In this document: piece by piece, positions 61,720 to 64,000 of the stretch
Layout: each line of letters opens with the position of its first letter
Numbering within the stretch: position 1 is the first letter of the stretch
Virus record (IMG/VR): IMGVR_UViG_3300045988_138996
Span: 160,001-224,000 of that record
DNA: 64,000 bases
Direction: 5' to 3' (one strand)
From: a virus
Made by a program: the position numbers and the translations under genes
The notes under the pieces: generated by a model
Database searches by the model: none
Seen by the model: only the letters and a program-made list of their open reading frames with translations
What the model was told of the DNA's origin: nothing

Positions 61720-62086
61720 AGCCCGTTGTTTAAAAGATAGATCTTGGAAAACTGGTTTTTATTTGATTAAAAAGAAAGAACCATGTATTAAAGATATTAA
61801 AAATGTATGGCCGGTACATGAACAAACGATTTGTCAAAGTACTGGTTATATCGATTGTAATAAAAAAGAAATTTTTTTAGACGATTTAATTAATTTTGAA
61901 GCAACAATTAATGGCATTGAATTTAAATTAGAAAATTTGCAAGTATTATTCGATATTCCCAAAGGTAAATTAGTCTTATTCTCTGGAGACAAAACAATTG
62001 ATTTTGTAAGTCCAGATTATGAAAATCCACATTACGAAGTTGTCGGAAATATCTGGGATAACATTGCGTTACCAAAAAAGAAGTAA
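61703..62086 (+). CDS. YopX-family protein
   Basis: ATG 61703 after GGAAGGAAAG. CQSTGYIDCNKKEIFLDDLINF ... YEVVGNIWDN. Confidence 0.7.
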   Translation: MNRNFKARCLKDRSWKTGFYLIKKKEPCIKDIKNVWPVHEQTICQSTGYIDCNKKEIFLDDLINFEATINGIEFKLENLQVLFDIPKGKLVLFSGDKTIDFVSPDYENPHYEVVGNIWDNIALPKKK

Positions 62087-62133
62087 TATAATAGGTATAT
62101 AAGCTTATAATTTTTTAATAAGAAGGTATACCT

Positions 62134-62484
62134 ATGAATTACAAAAAACTTTTAGAAGACTGTGATTTTATTAAAGTAAAGCAAACAGTCGAAATTCGTC
62201 CTCACGACGGAAACGAAGGCTTTTTTGAATATGTAAACCATATTTTTAAAAGCGTAAATAACGGTCATCGTTATGGCCCAGCAGTTAAAACTAACGTGTT
62301 AACTATGTATAATCGCGGCAACTATATTGCTTGCGAAATGGGCGATCAACGTATCGACATCCGTCGAAACAAAATCGTTATTTATGTTCCTGGTTTAAAA
62401 GCTAGTAACGAAGAAACATATAGAAAATATGCTGTATGTAATATCGGTGTATTAAACTATATATATAATTGTAAAAAGTACTAG
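62134..62484 (+). CDS. hypothetical protein
   Basis: 116-aa ORF after AGAAGG. Confidence 0.55.
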   Translation: MNYKKLLEDCDFIKVKQTVEIRPHDGNEGFFEYVNHIFKSVNNGHRYGPAVKTNVLTMYNRGNYIACEMGDQRIDIRRNKIVIYVPGLKASNEETYRKYAVCNIGVLNYIYNCKKY

Positions 62485-62606
62485 CTTTTAAATAAAGAAT
62501 CCTAATATAATATATTAGGCCTAAGACGTAGGATGCAAGGTGTGAGATAACCTAGACATAGCGTTGATCTTAGGAGAGCCGTCAGCGAAATGTTGCCGGA
62601 CATTAA

Positions 62607-62647
62607 GAGCGGTCATCAGTAGCTAAGATGGTCGCTCTTTTTTATTT
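62607..62647 (+). terminator. rho-independent terminator
   Basis: GAGCGGTCATC / GATGGTCGCTC forms an 11-bp stem. Two G.U pairs work only on the + strand. Followed by TTTTTTATTTT. Confidence 0.7.
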
Positions 62648-62664
62648 TAACGAAAGGAAATTTC

Positions 62665-62943
62665 ATGCGTAATAAAATTATAGTATTTACATTTTTACAA
62701 TTACTAGCTTTATTTACAATTTCACATGCTTGCGCATGGGATAATCCTAATAAACCAGAAATTAATACAGGTGTATATGCATTAAAAACAGCTATGATTG
62801 GTGCATATATGAATGGGTTTAATGATGGTAAGAATGGTTTAAGTAAAGATGAAGAATATACTAACGGTGATTATAAAGACTTTTTAAATTTTTATGATGA
62901 AGGCTATTACAAAGGCCGAGTATTCGAATATCAACACAGATAA
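62665..62943 (+). CDS. secreted/lipoprotein-like small protein
   Basis: Signal-like MRNKIIVFTFLQLLALFTISHAC. NGFNDGKNG...GYYKG is shared with the 63515 ORF. Confidence 0.5.
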   Translation: MRNKIIVFTFLQLLALFTISHACAWDNPNKPEINTGVYALKTAMIGAYMNGFNDGKNGLSKDEEYTNGDYKDFLNFYDEGYYKGRVFEYQHR

Positions 62944-62945
62944 TT

Positions 62946-63518
62946 ATGTCTAATACTATTAAATGGTTAATGATTGTTAGCCAGGCTATTTCTAATCTTA
63001 TATTTGGGTTTACGACACCAGTCGTCCATGTTTATTTTATGAGTTTGGTCGGTCCGAATATATATAGCTTAGCTAATTTTATCGAAGCAGGATTGGCTGC
63101 TATCGTAAATAGTTTGTTAAGCAATCAAAAGTATCGTCATTACTTTAAACAATTTGCTTTATATTTTTTAGCTTTAGATAGCATATTATATATAATTATA
63201 ATATTTTTAGGTATAGAGTATATTAATGTTCGATTTATCGGACTAGCAATTATTAATAGCTTGTTAAATAATATTTGGTTTATTATGTTAAGCGATGTAT
63301 TAAATAAGAATATTAGTGGCGATGAATTAACAAATTTTAAAGTTCTTCAACGAAGCTGGATGCTTTGGGGTAGTTTAATAGGATCTGGAATCGGTGTTTG
63401 GATTAATAATTCTATATCGATAGAATTTGCTTTGGTTTTGCAAGCTTTATCGACAGTAATGATTGCTATTTGTGATGGCTATTCATTTAAAAAGTTAGAA
63501 AGGTCGGTTGATAAATGA
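62946..63518 (+). CDS. polytopic membrane protein
   Basis: 190 aa with about 5-6 hydrophobic segments. Confidence 0.55.
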   Translation: MSNTIKWLMIVSQAISNLIFGFTTPVVHVYFMSLVGPNIYSLANFIEAGLAAIVNSLLSNQKYRHYFKQFALYFLALDSILYIIIIFLGIEYINVRFIGLAIINSLLNNIWFIMLSDVLNKNISGDELTNFKVLQRSWMLWGSLIGSGIGVWINNSISIEFALVLQALSTVMIAICDGYSFKKLERSVDK

Positions 63519-63742
63519 GGCTATTAATTTTAATTACTTGTTTTGTTTCGTTATTTAGTATGTGCGAAGCACGAAGTATTACTAGCTATAATTGTACATA
63601 TGAAGAACAACAAGAAGCATTGGCCGAATATCATAGTTTTGTAAGTGGCTTTGACGATGGCTTATATAATTATACTAATATTTATTATTCTGACGATAAC
63701 TATAAAATGGGTTATCGGTTAGGAAGTGCTCATCGGAGGTGA
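63515..63742 (+). CDS. secreted/lipoprotein-like small protein (paralog of 62665)
   Basis: Signal-like MRLLILITCFVSLFSMC. SGFDDGLYNY...MGYRLG. Confidence 0.5.
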   Translation: MRLLILITCFVSLFSMCEARSITSYNCTYEEQQEALAEYHSFVSGFDDGLYNYTNIYYSDDNYKMGYRLGSAHRR

Positions 63743-63746
63743 TTAA

Positions 63747-63950
63747 ATGAGTTATGAAGTTTTAGTTACTATCGGTGTTATTGCTGTTGCATTTTTTGCG
63801 ACAATATGTTTTGTCGTGCATCAAGTATTCGAAACACGACGTATGCGTATCCAATATGAAGGTGGATATACAGAAGCTGAAATTAAAGAAATTTTACATG
63901 CAGAAATTGATCCGTTGTTAGAAACTGCAAATAAGAAAGGTTCTAAATGA
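63747..63950 (+). CDS. single-TM small protein
   Basis: 67 aa. TM segment VLVTIGVIAVAFFATICFVV. Confidence 0.5.
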   Translation: MSYEVLVTIGVIAVAFFATICFVVHQVFETRRMRIQYEGGYTEAEIKEILHAEIDPLLETANKKGSK

Positions 63951-64000
63951 AATATTGTATCGAAGACGATTATAATGATTTATTAAATTTATTATTTCAA
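63947..64000 (+). CDS. hypothetical protein (5' fragment, runs off window)
   Basis: ATGA overlap start at 63947. Open to the window end (MKYCIEDDYNDLLNLLFQ). Confidence 0.35.
   Translation, partial: MKYCIEDDYNDLLNLLFQ

Overview
Visibly AT-rich segment of a large tailed dsDNA phage. Every credible protein gene is on the + strand, mostly tightly packed with overlapping stop/start codons. Modules in order: (1) replication and transcription genes at 12-8632: DnaB-like ATPase, DUF1064 nuclease, sigma-70-like factor, RecJ, DnaE-type Pol III alpha. (2) A long virion fibre, receptor-binding and lysis block at 8715-29772: six tandem fibre-like paralogs, a 1413-aa Ala/Lys-rich repeat fibre, a holin-like protein, a YadA-like/tail-collar fibre, three receptor-binding paralogs with a shared N-terminus, an amidase and a pectate-lyase-like tailspike. 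(3) A seven-gene paralog array at 29842-32381. (4) A visibly G+C-richer island at about 32.4-41.4 kb, built from mono- or oligocistronic units with strong AGGAGG ribosome-binding sites, their own terminators and many RNA-like structures. It encodes what I read as a split, miniature two-barrel (YonO / cellular-RdRP-like) RNA polymerase, an RNase H1 hybrid-binding-domain-like protein and a YneA-like TM+LysM protein. (5) A 3.9-kb ORF-free region at 41.44-45.3 kb with several unrelated repeat and hairpin families, iterons and likely small minus-strand RNAs. This may be an origin, genome terminus or sRNA region. (6) More than 60 small genes at 45.3-64 kb, including an expansion of about 20 members of 55-115-aa proteins with a C-terminal Tyr-rich motif, two YopX genes and a membrane/secreted cassette. 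An 18-nt hairpin motif (N4-TCC-N4'-CGAAAT[CT]) with compensatory stem changes occurs at least 8 times, always intergenic, + strand and upstream of genes. I propose it is the cognate promoter of the phage polymerase. I recognised no tRNA, rRNA, CRISPR, integrase, transposase, capsid, portal or terminase gene. All homology calls rest on remembered family signatures, not on searches.
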